From NCBI GenBank assembly GCA_013239625.1, contig MU054122.1, positions 336,773 through 400,772 on the forward strand: 64,000 bases of DNA, written 5' to 3'. Below, one piece after another: positions 40,671 to 52,493 of this stretch. The notes under the pieces were generated by a model that saw only the letters and a list, made by a program, of their open reading frames with translations, did not search any database and was not told where the DNA came from. Source of the stretch: Lama guanicoe. Taxonomy: Eukaryota. Every line of letters begins with the position of its first letter. Position 1 is the first letter of the stretch. The position numbers were made by a program, and so were the translations under genes.

Positions 40671-43600
40671 GGAGAGACCACCCTCACTCCACCATCTAGA
40701 AGTCCCACCTCTAAATGTGTTAATTAACTTAAATAAGTTTCATTTCAAAGAATTTTTACACCAAATAAAATTCATACATTTATAAATTACGTTTATCAAA
40801 AAAACTTACCAAAAGTTCCACATTTAAAACTATCCCAGACATCAGACCTGTTCTGATTTTTATTGTTTTTATAGTGAAGATGACATAAAACAATCTTTTA
40901 AAAATGATACATGTCTTATTCTCACCACTCTTGAGAAAAATGGAGGAAATCTTACAGCATTCAAAATTTTGTAAAATCTAGATTTTTTCAGATAGATCTT
41001 TTTCTAAGAAACCAGCCTATATACATGAGCAGTTAATATACTATAAATCAATTTTTATGTGGAGACCTCCTAGCTTAGAATATGAATCTTGATTTAAAAG
41101 GATCTTCCTGCAGAAGGCCAGCATAAATGGGAGTAACACGAAATCTTTGCTTTGGACATGTGTTTTTAAATTGTTATTTATCAAGTTACATTTCTGTAAA
41201 AAGTTTCCAGTGCTCTGTGGCTTTACAAAGAGTTCTCAGAACCCCACAGAAGTACAAGTTCTATGATGGACGGCAGAGATAAGTGCTCACTAATCTCTAA
41301 ATGTTTTATTAGAAAAAAATCTCCTAAGTACACGTATCATAAGACTTCCTGTCTGTTTATCCAAATTATTTCTTAATGTATGTTCACCCTTTAAGAAATG
41401 ATTACAGATAGGCGACTTCAACCCTCCAGGTTTAATCCATCCTCCTCCAATTATTAAATTTTATTTTATAATCCCACACAAAAGCACACAACTCTAAATC
41501 AGGTTTTGTTATCATTGGTATTTTTACCATGTGAAACTCGCTCTGCATCTCTCTGGCAATGCAACATGGTAAAATGTACCTTCAAAAACCTGGTACCATT
41601 ATTGAGACAAGACAGCAGGACTGAAATCCTAACACACTGGGGGTTCCAGAGAACTGGTGAAAGAAACAGACAAGGTACAGACCTCATCGAACTATAATCA
41701 ATTGTATGAATAATATTCCCTGGACATGAAAACATGAATATTTTGGTATCCCTGAAATAAATGGGGAGTGTTGGATAAACTCTCAAACCAAAACCACAAA
41801 AACCTTCCCACTAACTTAATGCACAAATAGTAAAGGTATGTCCACAAATACAAATATGTAAAAAAAGGGTGTTCCCCTGAAGTAACAAACTAGCATGTAT
41901 GTCATAAATATATATACTGCAGCAGTAAAAGATACATTCCAGACGTAAAGTTTAGGGATAACATACTATATCCCATAGAGTAAGGAAATAATAAGGTATA
42001 ATCTCAAAAAGAATATATAGAATATTGAATATATTCAGAGACAGCATGTGACAGAAGGTACCACTTGCATCCAACTAAGATTCCAGCAACCAGTGAGAGA
42101 TTTTAATCATTTTCAAAATTAATGGTCTTTACAACCTACAACTTCAGGTTTTTGGAATACGACCGTTCAAAAATTATATGTTAGTGAATCCAGTGTGTTT
42201 TACAACAACTAAGAACAATAACTAACAAGACAATGAAAATTATTTTACAATAATTTCAAAAGCACAGGTGATGCCCTATAAAATTCTCTTTAGAAATAAT
42301 TATGACCATGGGTATGAATCTTCCCAAGAAATTTCTAACTGACTATCTACAACATGTACAAAGTATTCTTAGTACTTCATGAAACAAAATAATTTTTTTT
42401 AAATCTGAAAGTATAGACAAGATAGATTTAACTGCTCTGGATAAGCTAACTCCTTAAATGTATGCAGATAAGTATACCACAGCCATATTCATCTTCTTAA
42501 TGGCAAAAGAAGCTATAAAACAAGACATCAGGACACAAGAACACTTTGCTCAAGTTTACTCAGAGCATCAATAGCTCTTTAAAAGAGCCTCTTTTTCGGT
42601 TTCCAAATGAGAGGTTGCAGAACCTTTGCACCCTGAAACCACAAAGCAGCTTATATCAGTGGCTCTAAAAGACTGACTTCCCCTGGCAGATGAGGAGATA
42701 AATTTCTTTTCTTTTCTTCTCTTCATAGCCCTTCTGCTGTGTCCCAGCCTCACCTCCTACTATTTTCCCCTGTTAGCACATAATCCTTCAAAGTGTTTGC
42801 GCGTCTCTGTAACTCCTGGGGAAAAAAAATCTTTATTCCTCCCCTAGGCAGTCAGGCTGTTTAATATTTTTCTGTTGTTTCATCATAATGCCTGTTGGTT
42901 CAAGGGAAATGTCTATTAAGGGCACAGGGAATTAATACATAAGGCCAGACAACACTAAGGCAACCCTGATTTATGTTGTGATGGAACCATCTTCACTTTA
43001 ACATACGGGTGTGAACAGCATTATCTGCGAAGCCACAAAAAGAAACACCCAGCCTCTTTGTGAACAGAGGCCCTGTCACGGAGGCAGTGGAGTGATATGA
43101 GCATAATGGAAAATTAAATTCCACCTTCAACCACCTCCGAAGTGAAGGCTGGATCAATCAGACACCATTTCTCCCTAGATTCCTGACCTCCCATCCACGT
43201 ATCCCAAAGCAAAGAAAATAGCAGGACATTTCTTCATGTCCTTCGAGCTCATCCTGGCTTTTCCGTCCACATGTCAATGTGCCCGAAGAAGCTTATCAGG
43301 GGCTACAGCCTGAGTTCTGAAGCCTTCTCTCTGGGTCGCCTACCCTGGACAATTGTACCTTGCAGCTTACATCAGACCAGAGCAGCAGCCAAAGATGTAA
43401 CACAGGCAGCAGGGAATGAAGGGACTGAAAAGTGCCAATCTGGAAGGCACCATAAACCCATTTTCAAACAAGGGACACCAGGAGAGAGGCAAGCAACCCA
43501 GAGCAGAAATGGAGGAGAGCTCCCTGTAAACCCTTCAAAGAAGAGCTGCAATTAAGACGTAGGATTAGGAAGTCGGAAAAGAGGCAGAATGCAAGATTTA

Positions 43601-44370
43601 AAGCTTCATTTTAAATTAATTCAGCAACCAGACTCAAGGCAACTTTAAAACGTACTGAATTTTTAAAATCAAGGCACTTAGAGTATCACTACTTCTAGAA
43701 GCAAAGAAGGAAAGACATAAAAGTGTGTTCTATTGTTCTCAAAAGTAAAATTTAATAGCCTTCATCTACTTGGAGGGTGGGGTGCAGAGAAAAGGGGTGA
43801 GAGTTATGTTTAGCTCTATGGCTCTTTGCACAAGCTCTAGTTCGCACTCATCTTGAATTTTCTGAAGCTCACAGTTATGATCCCAGGATGAACATAGGCA
43901 ACAGGAAAATGCCCAATAAAACAATATTACAACTTACACTGTAAGACAGTAGAGAGTAAACAGTGCCTGATTCCCCTTCTTCCAGACTATTTACTTTCTT
44001 ACGAAAGTACATAAGACTACACAAAATGACAACCACACATTTTGATGGCAACAGATTGCTGCTTCAAAAATGGGTCAGGTTTGGGGGAAGAAGTATTATC
44101 AGCAATAGTGCCTCGCATGGAGAAATTACCAGCAGCTGATGTAAATTTTCACCCCAGAAACAGAGCAAGTCTAGGGAGGAAAAAAAATTAGAGTGGCTTT
44201 GAACTTCCTCCCACTGTCTACCTTTATTTCCCTGGGAGTGGAGAGCCTGCCTCAACCAGAAAATCAGGTGGCTGCTCCCACACAGGAAGCACCCACTTCC
44301 TGAGGCCACAGAAGCTGTTTTGGGTGCTTATGCAGTGCGGTCTTTCTACATCTTCCTGAGATAATACTTC

Positions 44371-44490
44371 TATCATATCGTGTATCGTATCACATCATAT
44401 ATCATATCATATCATACTATACCATACCATATCATATATATCATGTATAGTATCACATCATATATCGTATCATATCATAACATATCATAA
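44371..44490. repeat. Degenerate (ATCAT)n pentanucleotide microsatellite
   Basis: TATCATATCG...ATCATATCATATCATACTATACCATACCATATCAT... Confidence 0.85.
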
Positions 44491-44684
44491 AACAACACTG
44501 AAGGAATGGAAGGGGACAGAAAGGGAATCAGTCATCGCACCCTGGGATGTAAAGGGATGCCACATATAGGGAGAGCTCCAGGAGCCCGGCCCTCTCTAGA
44601 TGTCAGATGACATTTGTCATGCACCGTTCCTGGCAGCAGCAGAAGTCCAGTTTGACTAGGATCACTCAGGAATACATGGCTTTC

Positions 44685-46695
44685 CTCTTTTTTTTTTAAT
44701 GTGTCATCTTTTTTTTCACTTTTTATTGAGTTATGATCATTTTACAATGTTTTGTCAAATTCCAGTGTAGAGCACAATTTTTCAGTTATACATGAATATA
44801 TATGAATTCATTGTCACATCTTTTTTCTTGCTGTGAGCTACCATAAGATCTTGTATATATTTCCCTGTGCTATACAGTATAATTGTGTTTATCTATTCTA
44901 CATTTTGAAATCCCAGTCTGTCCCTTTCCACCCTCCACCCCCTTAGCAACCACAAGTTTGTATTCTATGTTTTTGAGTCTATTTCTGTTTTGTATTTACA
45001 CTTTTTTGTTCTTGTTGTTTTTGTTTTTTAGATTCCACATATGAGCGATCTCATATGGTATTTTTCTTTCTCTTTCTCTATCTTACTTCACTAAGGATGA
45101 CATCAACATCCATGTTGCTGCAAATGGCATTATGTTGTCGGTTTTTATGGCTGAATAGTATTCCATTGTATAAATATACCACTTCTTGTTTATCCAGTCA
45201 TCTGCTGATGGACATCTAGGCTGTTTCCATGTCTTGGCTATTGAAATAGTATTGCTATGAACATTGGGCTGCAGGTGTCATCCTGAAGTAGGGTTCCTTC
45301 TGGATATATGCCCAGGAGCAGGATTCCTGGGTCATACGGTAAGTCTATTCCTAGTCTTTTAAGGAATCTCCATACTGTTTTCCACAGCGGCTGCACCAAG
45401 CTACATTCCCACCAGCAGTGTAGGAGGGTTCCCCTTTTTCCACAGCCTCTCCAGTATTTGTCATTTGTGGACTTTCGAATGATGGCCATTCTGACTTGTG
45501 TGAGGTGATACCTCATTGGAGTTTTGATTTGCATTTCTCTGATAATTAGTGATACGGAGCATTTTTTCATGTGCCTATTAATCATTTGTATTTCTTCTTG
45601 GAGAATTGCTTGTTTAGCTCTTCTGCCCATTTTTGCATTGGGTTGTTTGGTTGCTTCTTTCTAAGTCATATGAGCTGCTTTTATATTCTGGAGATCAAGC
45701 CTATGCCACTTTCATTTGTAAAAATTTTCTCCCATTCCGTAGGTTGTCATTTTGTTTTGCTTATGGTTTCCTTTGCTGTGCAGAAGCTTGTAAGTTAGGT
45801 CCCATTTGTTTATTCATGCTTTTATTTCTATTGCTTGGGTAGACTGCCCTAGGAGAACATTTTTGAGATGTATGTCAGATAATGTTTTGCCTATATTTTC
45901 TTCTCTGAGGTTTATTGTATCTTGTCTTATGTTTAAGTCTTTGATCCATTTTGAGTTGATTTTTGTGTATGGTGTAAGGGAATCTTCTAGCTTCATTGAT
46001 TTACATGCTGCTGTCCAGTTTTCCCAACACCATTTGCTGAAGAGACTGTCTTTATTCCATTGTATAGTCTTGCCTCCTTTGTTGAAGATTAGTTGACCAA
46101 AAGTTTGTGGGTTCATTTCTGGGCTCTCTATTCTGTTCCATTGGCCTACATGTCTGTTTTTGTAGCAATACCATGCTGTCTTGATGACTGTAGCTCTACA
46201 GTATTGTCTGAAGTCTTGGAGAGTTATTCCTGCAGCCTCTTTCTTTTTCTTCAGTAATGCTTTGGCAAGTCTAGGTCTTTTGTGGTTCCATATAAATTTT
46301 ATTATGATTTGTTCTAGTTCTGTGAAATATGTCCTGGGTAATTGGATAGGGATTGCATTAAATCTGTAGATTGCCTTGGGCAGAGTGACCATTTTAACAA
46401 TATTGATTCTTCCAATCCAGGAGCATAGGATATCTTTCCGTTTTTTTAAGTCTTTAATTTCCTTCATCAATGGTTTATAGTTTTCTGTGTATAATTCTTT
46501 CACCTCCTTGGTTAGATTTATTCCTAGGTATTTTACTACTTTGGGTGCTATTTTAAAGGGGATTGTTTCTTTACTTTCTTTTTCTGTTGATTCATCATTA
46601 GTGTAAAGAAATGCAACTGATTTTTGAACGTGAATCTTGTAACCTGCTACCTTGCTGAATTATTCGATCAGCTCTACTAGTTTTTGTGTGGACCT
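44685..46695 (-). mobile_element. Young 5'-truncated LINE-1 (~2 kb; ORF2 C-terminal part plus 3' UTR)
   Basis: ORFs 45814-46503 and 45238-45630 are L1 ORF2 fragments ([12 protein letters not shown]..., [22 protein letters not shown]). Perfect 17-bp TSD AGGAATACATGGCTTTC at 44668-44684 and 46696-46712; poly(T) at the left end. Confidence 0.96.
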
Positions 46696-47509
46696 AGGAA
46701 TACATGGCTTTCTGACAATCATGATATCAAGACACAGGAGCAAGAGATAGCTTTGAGGTCCAGTATTTAAAAAATAAAATCAGTAAATTTTCTGTTATCT
46801 GTATTTTACCACATTTGTTTTTCATTCAAAATTTTTAAAAACCAAACATTTTTCTGGCCACATGGCTCCAGCTCTTCTCCAGGGTATGCTCTAAGAAGGG
46901 GGGCCTCTGGTCCCCTGGTGGGGGCCACTAGGAGTTCTAAGGTGTCCTGTCTGATGAGCACAAGGCCAGAAAAAGCCAGAGAAAGGACTCCTTGTCTGGG
47001 GACAAATAAATTAAAAGCAAGCCCCCAAATGATAAAACTTATTAAAAAGATTCTCTAACTTAGGGATAGAATGTTATTCTTAAGATGCAGAGAAAAATCA
47101 TACTTCGGAGAAACATTTTCTATAAGAAACAGAAGAAATCTTTAGAGAGCATTTGTTTTGTGTTCTCCATAAAATATAAGAAAATACAAAGAAATGGAAG
47201 GTGAGGTTTAAAAGGTTACACAGATGCTTTCTAAGATATAAACCAAGGTGATAAGGAACAGGCTGAAAGAAGGAAAAAACTGTAAAGAATAAAAATGTAA
47301 CCGACACACCGTTTTAGACAGGGCAAAACAGAGAACTGACGCTACAGAAAAATAATTCAGGAAAGTCGAGGGCAAATTGGAGAAGCCTCCCCAGAGGGCA
47401 GAGGAAAAGGACAAAGAGAACCAAACTCAGGAAGAGAAATTAAGTTTACATGAGAAGGGAATGGTGGGTAAGAGGTAAAGTGGTAAAAGAGGGAAAATGA
47501 AGGCTCACA

Positions 47510-47602
47510 GGAGGAGGTCACAGCTCAGTGGTAGAGCACATGCTTAGCATGCATGAGGTCCTGGGTTCAATCCCCAGTACCTCCATTAAGGAAAAAGAAG
47601 AT
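47510..47602 (+). mobile_element. tRNA-derived camelid-type SINE (short form) inside an old L1
   Basis: CAGCTCAGTGGTAGAGCACATGCTTAGCATGCATGAGGTCCTGGGTTCAATCCCCAGTACCTCC. TSD GAAAATGAAGGCTCA (47493-47507) versus GAAAATGATGACTCA (47603-47617). Confidence 0.88.
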
Positions 47603-49138
47603 GAAAATGATGACTCAGATACACCCAGATATGTGTAAAATAAAACCAGAATATATGGAAAATATCAAGGGTATGATACCAAAAACTTTAAATTTAAAAA
47701 TAACCAGGCCAGTGGATTAAAAAGGCTTATACACAAAATTAATCAAAAGAAGTCACTGCAAAGATGTTATCACTATGAATTTTAAAAATTTCCAGTTTAA
47801 GAAAAAATCGTAGCAGGATCCAATAAAACAAACCATTGAACAGATTACTTTTAAGGAAATAAAATTAAGACTGCCTTCATTTCTCTTTCAGAGCTCGGAA
47901 AATAGAGGAACAACATCTTACAAAAGTTTTAAGATGAAAAATAATTTTTAAATGGAGTTCTGATGCAATAATTCAGTACTCATCAGTGAAAAATAGTAAT
48001 TTCACCCTAAATATCTGAAGTTTCAGAAATGCTATTATCCACACTCCGAGGCTAAAAATGTTAGAAAAAAGAAGACAAGCCAACTGACCAAGAAAGGAGT
48101 GGAAACAAAAAACTATGGAAATGAGGAGGGGCTCATTTAAAGTGACAAATGTCAAACACTGAAAAGAGAATCTAAATGGTATTTCTAGACTTCTAAGCAA
48201 TCACTTCATTCAAATTAAAAGAAAAACAGTAATTTTCAAAGAAGAAAGTATATAATAGAATAAAAATAACTTAATAAAGAGCCTTTTACCATATAGTAAA
48301 AGAAGTTCTAGAAGGAGGAAAGGTTTAAATATTTTAAAATGAGAGATGTCCACTTATCTCAGGGTACTAAATATACCAATAAATTTTCAATAAATGTATT
48401 AATTCAAAAGAATTGATAATGAAAAGTAGATATAAGTGACATGAACACAAAAAGGTTAAAAACTTCTACAGATTAAGTAACCACAGACATAATTAAATGT
48501 TAACTAAATTAGATTAAAGTCAATTTAAATGCATGGCAAATACAAGCTTGATAATTTTGATATTTATAAACCTCTTGTAAAACAACCAGAAACTAGACTA
48601 TCTTGAAAGAAAAATAGACAAAGGTATGAAATGTCAACTTAGAAAAGAAAAAATTTAAACAGTCAACAAATATCTTACAAATTAAATACAACAGTGAACA
48701 AACCAATACATATTAAGGCATCAGAAAAATACTATCTCTTGAGTACGAAAGTAGGAAAAGTGGAAAGAAACTCTAATGCACAAATCCGGCAAGAACTTGA
48801 GACAATGGTCACTCTCATAGACTCCTCACAGGAGAATAAATTGGAACAATTGTTGTTGTTGGACGAGTCATAGCAAAATTTTAAACTTTTCATATATTCT
48901 TTGATCAAGCCCCTTCACTGCTAGAATTTATCTGAATAATCAAGAATGTGTGTAAGGCTATAAAGCTGTTCATATTAGAGGACACATCAAAATCAAAAGT
49001 ATTAAAGCATGCAGAAGGGAAGAATAAATAGATGACATGCATACATGCAAACACCACACTCTGAAAATTGTTGCAGAAGAACACTAATGACGTGACGAGG
49101 AAAAGTTCAGATGCTGTTAAAAAAAATATGTATTACTG

Positions 49139-49771
49139 CTTTCCTTTTCTGGTAAGCAGCCTGAGGTGACCTCAGAAAATGGTTCGCTGTTCACTTGACC
49201 CAGAAAACCCCACAACATCATGCAAGTCAAGAGATTCAAATCTTTGTGCTAACTTCAGAATACTTGTGAAACTGCCCAAGCCATTAAGGGTCTACTTATC
49301 TGAAAAGCCACAAAGTATCAGAAGGATGTCACAAGCAACGTGCGCCATTCCATCTTTAAGATGGTGGAGCTGGCAGGTGCGCCCAGGCCAAACAGTGGTG
49401 CCGGATGCAGGTTTGATGGTCCAAAAAAGAGTGCTGGCTTTTTACTGCACATGCTCAAAAATGCAGACAGTAATGCTGAATTTATGGGCTTAAATGTAGA
49501 TTCTCTGGTCATTGAGCATTCCCAGCTGAACAAAGCCTCCAAGATGTGCTGTGGAATTTAACAGAGCTCACGGTCAGATCACCCCTTATGTGAGCCACAC
49601 TGAGACGATCCTTGAGCCACACTGAGATGATCCTTACTGAAAAAAGAACAGACTGTTCCTAAACCAGAAGAGGAGGTTGCACAGAAGTAAAAGATATCCC
49701 AGAAAGAACTGAAGAAACAAAAGCTGATGGCCCAGGAGTAAATTCAGCACAAAATAAATGCAAATACAAGT
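49139..49771 (+). pseudogene. RPL17: RPL17 processed pseudogene (frameshifted, intronless)
   Basis: [22 protein letters not shown] from ATG 49179 matches RPL17 [64 protein letters not shown] appears in another frame, and the C-terminus KKELKKQKLMAQE ends at TAA 49739-49741. It has a pyrimidine-rich 5' UTR, AATAAA near 49753, no introns, several frameshifts and an internal stop. Confidence 0.95.
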
Positions 49772-50934
49772 AAAAATATAAAAGTTACTAACCCACACCA
49801 AAATATGATAGCAAAATTACTAGATCTGTACATACAAAAGTTATTGAAAATATGAATACTAACATTTTATAGGCATTGAAATGACAGGTGGTTTTCCTTT
49901 TCTTTGTGTTCCTGTAAAAACATACAATAAAATCTCTGCAGAAATGCTCCCTACAATAATATGAGTTGGGATATAACATGTTTAACTTTTGATGTCAGCC
50001 CTCTACTGAACCTCAGTTCTCAAACAGGGACAGATCAAGTTCTACTGCAGGGAGGAAGGGTCACAGGGAGTGGAAAGAAAGGTCAGCAGGCAAACCTCTC
50101 TAGGAAAGCAGAGATGTGGAAGTGGGGTCCTCACATCTCTGGTGAACTTGTAGGTGGGTCAATGAAAGAGGCACCAACTAATCAGGATGTTCAAAGAATG
50201 GTGGCTGCTCTCCAGAAAGTTGAGCCAGACATAGGATCCTGAATCATCACCATGGAGATGAAAGCCAGACGGGACACTGCCACTAAAGGATGCCAAAGTA
50301 GAACCAGGACCTAAGACAGTTCCTGTGGAGGGACCCTGGAATTCCAAGCCACCTAGTTACACAGACTTGTTCTGGCCACGTCATTAATGTCACAATAATC
50401 CAATCTCTCATTTCTAATGATTGAATATTTTGGAGATTGCTTATGACATTATGGCAAGATTTTATTTGGTTTCATTTATAATCAAAATAAAATGAATATT
50501 AAGAACACACATTAAGTTAATAGTTAAGAAAAAATTCCAACCACTTGGAAATTTAAAAGTACTCTCCTAAATAACTATGGATATAAATTTTACATTTTTA
50601 TGTAGTTAAAAGCAATTTAAAATATATTTTAAAAAATCAAAACACTGTGTATCCAAACTAAAAGAACAGGTGCAAAGCTACATTTAAAGGGAAATCCATA
50701 GTAGTAAATATTTTTGTTACAAAGAAAAAGAGGAAAATCAGTAAATGAAGCATTCATCTCAAGACATGACAGTGGAAAAAAAAGAAGGATATTTTAAAAG
50801 ATAAACATAACACAAAGGAAACAGAACATGGAGTTACATCAGAATTGAGAAATAAATCCAAGAGATGGTTGTTTGGGAAAACAAAAATCAATGATACATG
50901 TTGACAAAGTTTATTAGAGAGGGAAAGAATCCAT

Positions 50935-52493
50935 TGTGATGGGGTCATATTTTGAAAATTATTAGTATGTTTTTCTCTGTTGTCTTTCTGGTTTTGGCAT
51001 GACTTTTCCCTCGTTATTTTGAAGCATCTTTGGGGGGAGTATAAAGAGAGAAAGAGTTTCTTGAAAGAACGCAAAGAGAAAGAATAAGGTCATATTCAGC
51101 TTAGGCAGGCAAAATAGGATTTGCTACAACCCCAAGAAAAGATTTTCCAGATTCCTTCCATTTTCCCTCTCCAGCATATTAACTGCCTCACCCGGAAGAC
51201 CCACCTTCTGGAACTTTCCCCTTTTTCTTCACTCCCAGTCTCCACAGTTTACTCATAAGGCTTAGGTTTGAGCCAGGCCTGTAGGTTTGAGCCAGGGAAA
51301 CAAAGAAAATATGAGGCAGGGAAAGCCTGCACAATTCCAGCCAAGAGCAAAGACAGAAAGAAGAGAAAGAAAGGAAAATCAGAGCTTTGGCTTAAAGAGA
51401 GAAAGGTGAGGGTAACGAAAAGGGTAGATGGGGGCTTTGACTCCTCCCCAACTCAGGACTCTGAAAATACATCACCTTCTTGGGCAGCCTTCCACCCTGA
51501 AACTTACTTAGACTAGGGTCCCATCCACGTCACCTGAACCAACCTTGGTCCTTGTGTGTTTTGATGGGGCCCAGAAATAGTGGGGAGACTGGCTGTGAAG
51601 CTAGCCAGCCAGAGCTGGGTGAGACAGCATTGTGGCAAATGCTGCAAGAGGGCAACCCAGGACAGGACAGAGAATCTTCACCAGGTCTCTGAAAAGTAAC
51701 ATCCATGGGAGCTCAGGTGAGGCCAAGACAGTGGTGGGTAGCAGCAGGTGGAATGCCTGAGGAAAAAGAATGAACTGCAAACCGCAGCTTTCCTAACTGG
51801 CTGTCAACAAGGTACTCAGCCAACCAACAGACCCTGGAGGGTTGAGGAGTCAAAGGATACCATGATCATGAACTCCATCTCTTAACTCCCCATCTCTCTG
51901 CCGCCACACCATCTAAGCCCCTGTCCCCCTTGTATCTGGTTATCATCTTAAAGTAAGGAGAGATGGTGGAAACAACCTGAAAGCCTGGGCATTTGCTCCC
52001 AGAGAATAAACATTACCAGAAAGAGCTGTTTATTTTGGCACATCTGACTAAGCTGGACACACACATCATCTTGCCTAGTACCTGTGATAGACTATATACA
52101 CAGCAGGGAGGTTAAGTGTGTGGGATTCTGGGTCCACGTGGCCTAGGTCTGACTCCTGGCTCCACAATCTGTCAACTCTGGGCAGTTTACTTCATCTCCC
52201 TGCACCTGAGTTTCCTCGGCTGTAAAATGAGGAAAGTAATAGTATCAACTGTTATTTTTTAAGGATTAAGGGATCTAATAAATGTACAGTCCTTAGATCA
52301 GTGCCCATAATAAGGATTCAGTAAGTACTGGCTCTCTGTCTTGCTTTTAGCATCACTGTCCCATTATTACCCATACCTATTACCTATGGCTGGGGCTCTT
52401 GAGAAAAGATCAGATCAGCTACAGAAAAATCAAGAAATTATCATTTCTCCACACAACCAAGTACTATAGATTAACATCTGTACTCTTGCCACA
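50935..52493 (+). mobile_element. Ancient LTR (LTR78-like) containing a MIR at about 52085-52330
   Basis: Termini TGTGATGGGGTCATATTTTG...GCCACA interrupt old L1 sequence. MIR core CTGAGTTTCCTCGGCTGTAAAATGAGG. Family name from memory. Confidence 0.5.

Noticed and set aside
45238..46503. 229-aa and 130-aa ORFs as a host gene or active reverse transcriptase
   Set aside because: Fragments of a 5'-truncated, frameshifted L1 ORF2 with no promoter, ORF1 or endonuclease domain.
47510..47585. tRNA gene-like sequence (also at 8787, 12243, 23538, 26365, 30293)
   Set aside because: A and B boxes are present, but A-rich tails, TSDs and divergent copies indicate SINEs rather than tRNA genes.
49591..49634. 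Direct repeats as a CRISPR-like array
   Set aside because: Only two adjacent copies with no spacer, inside a eukaryotic pseudogene; this is a simple tandem duplication.
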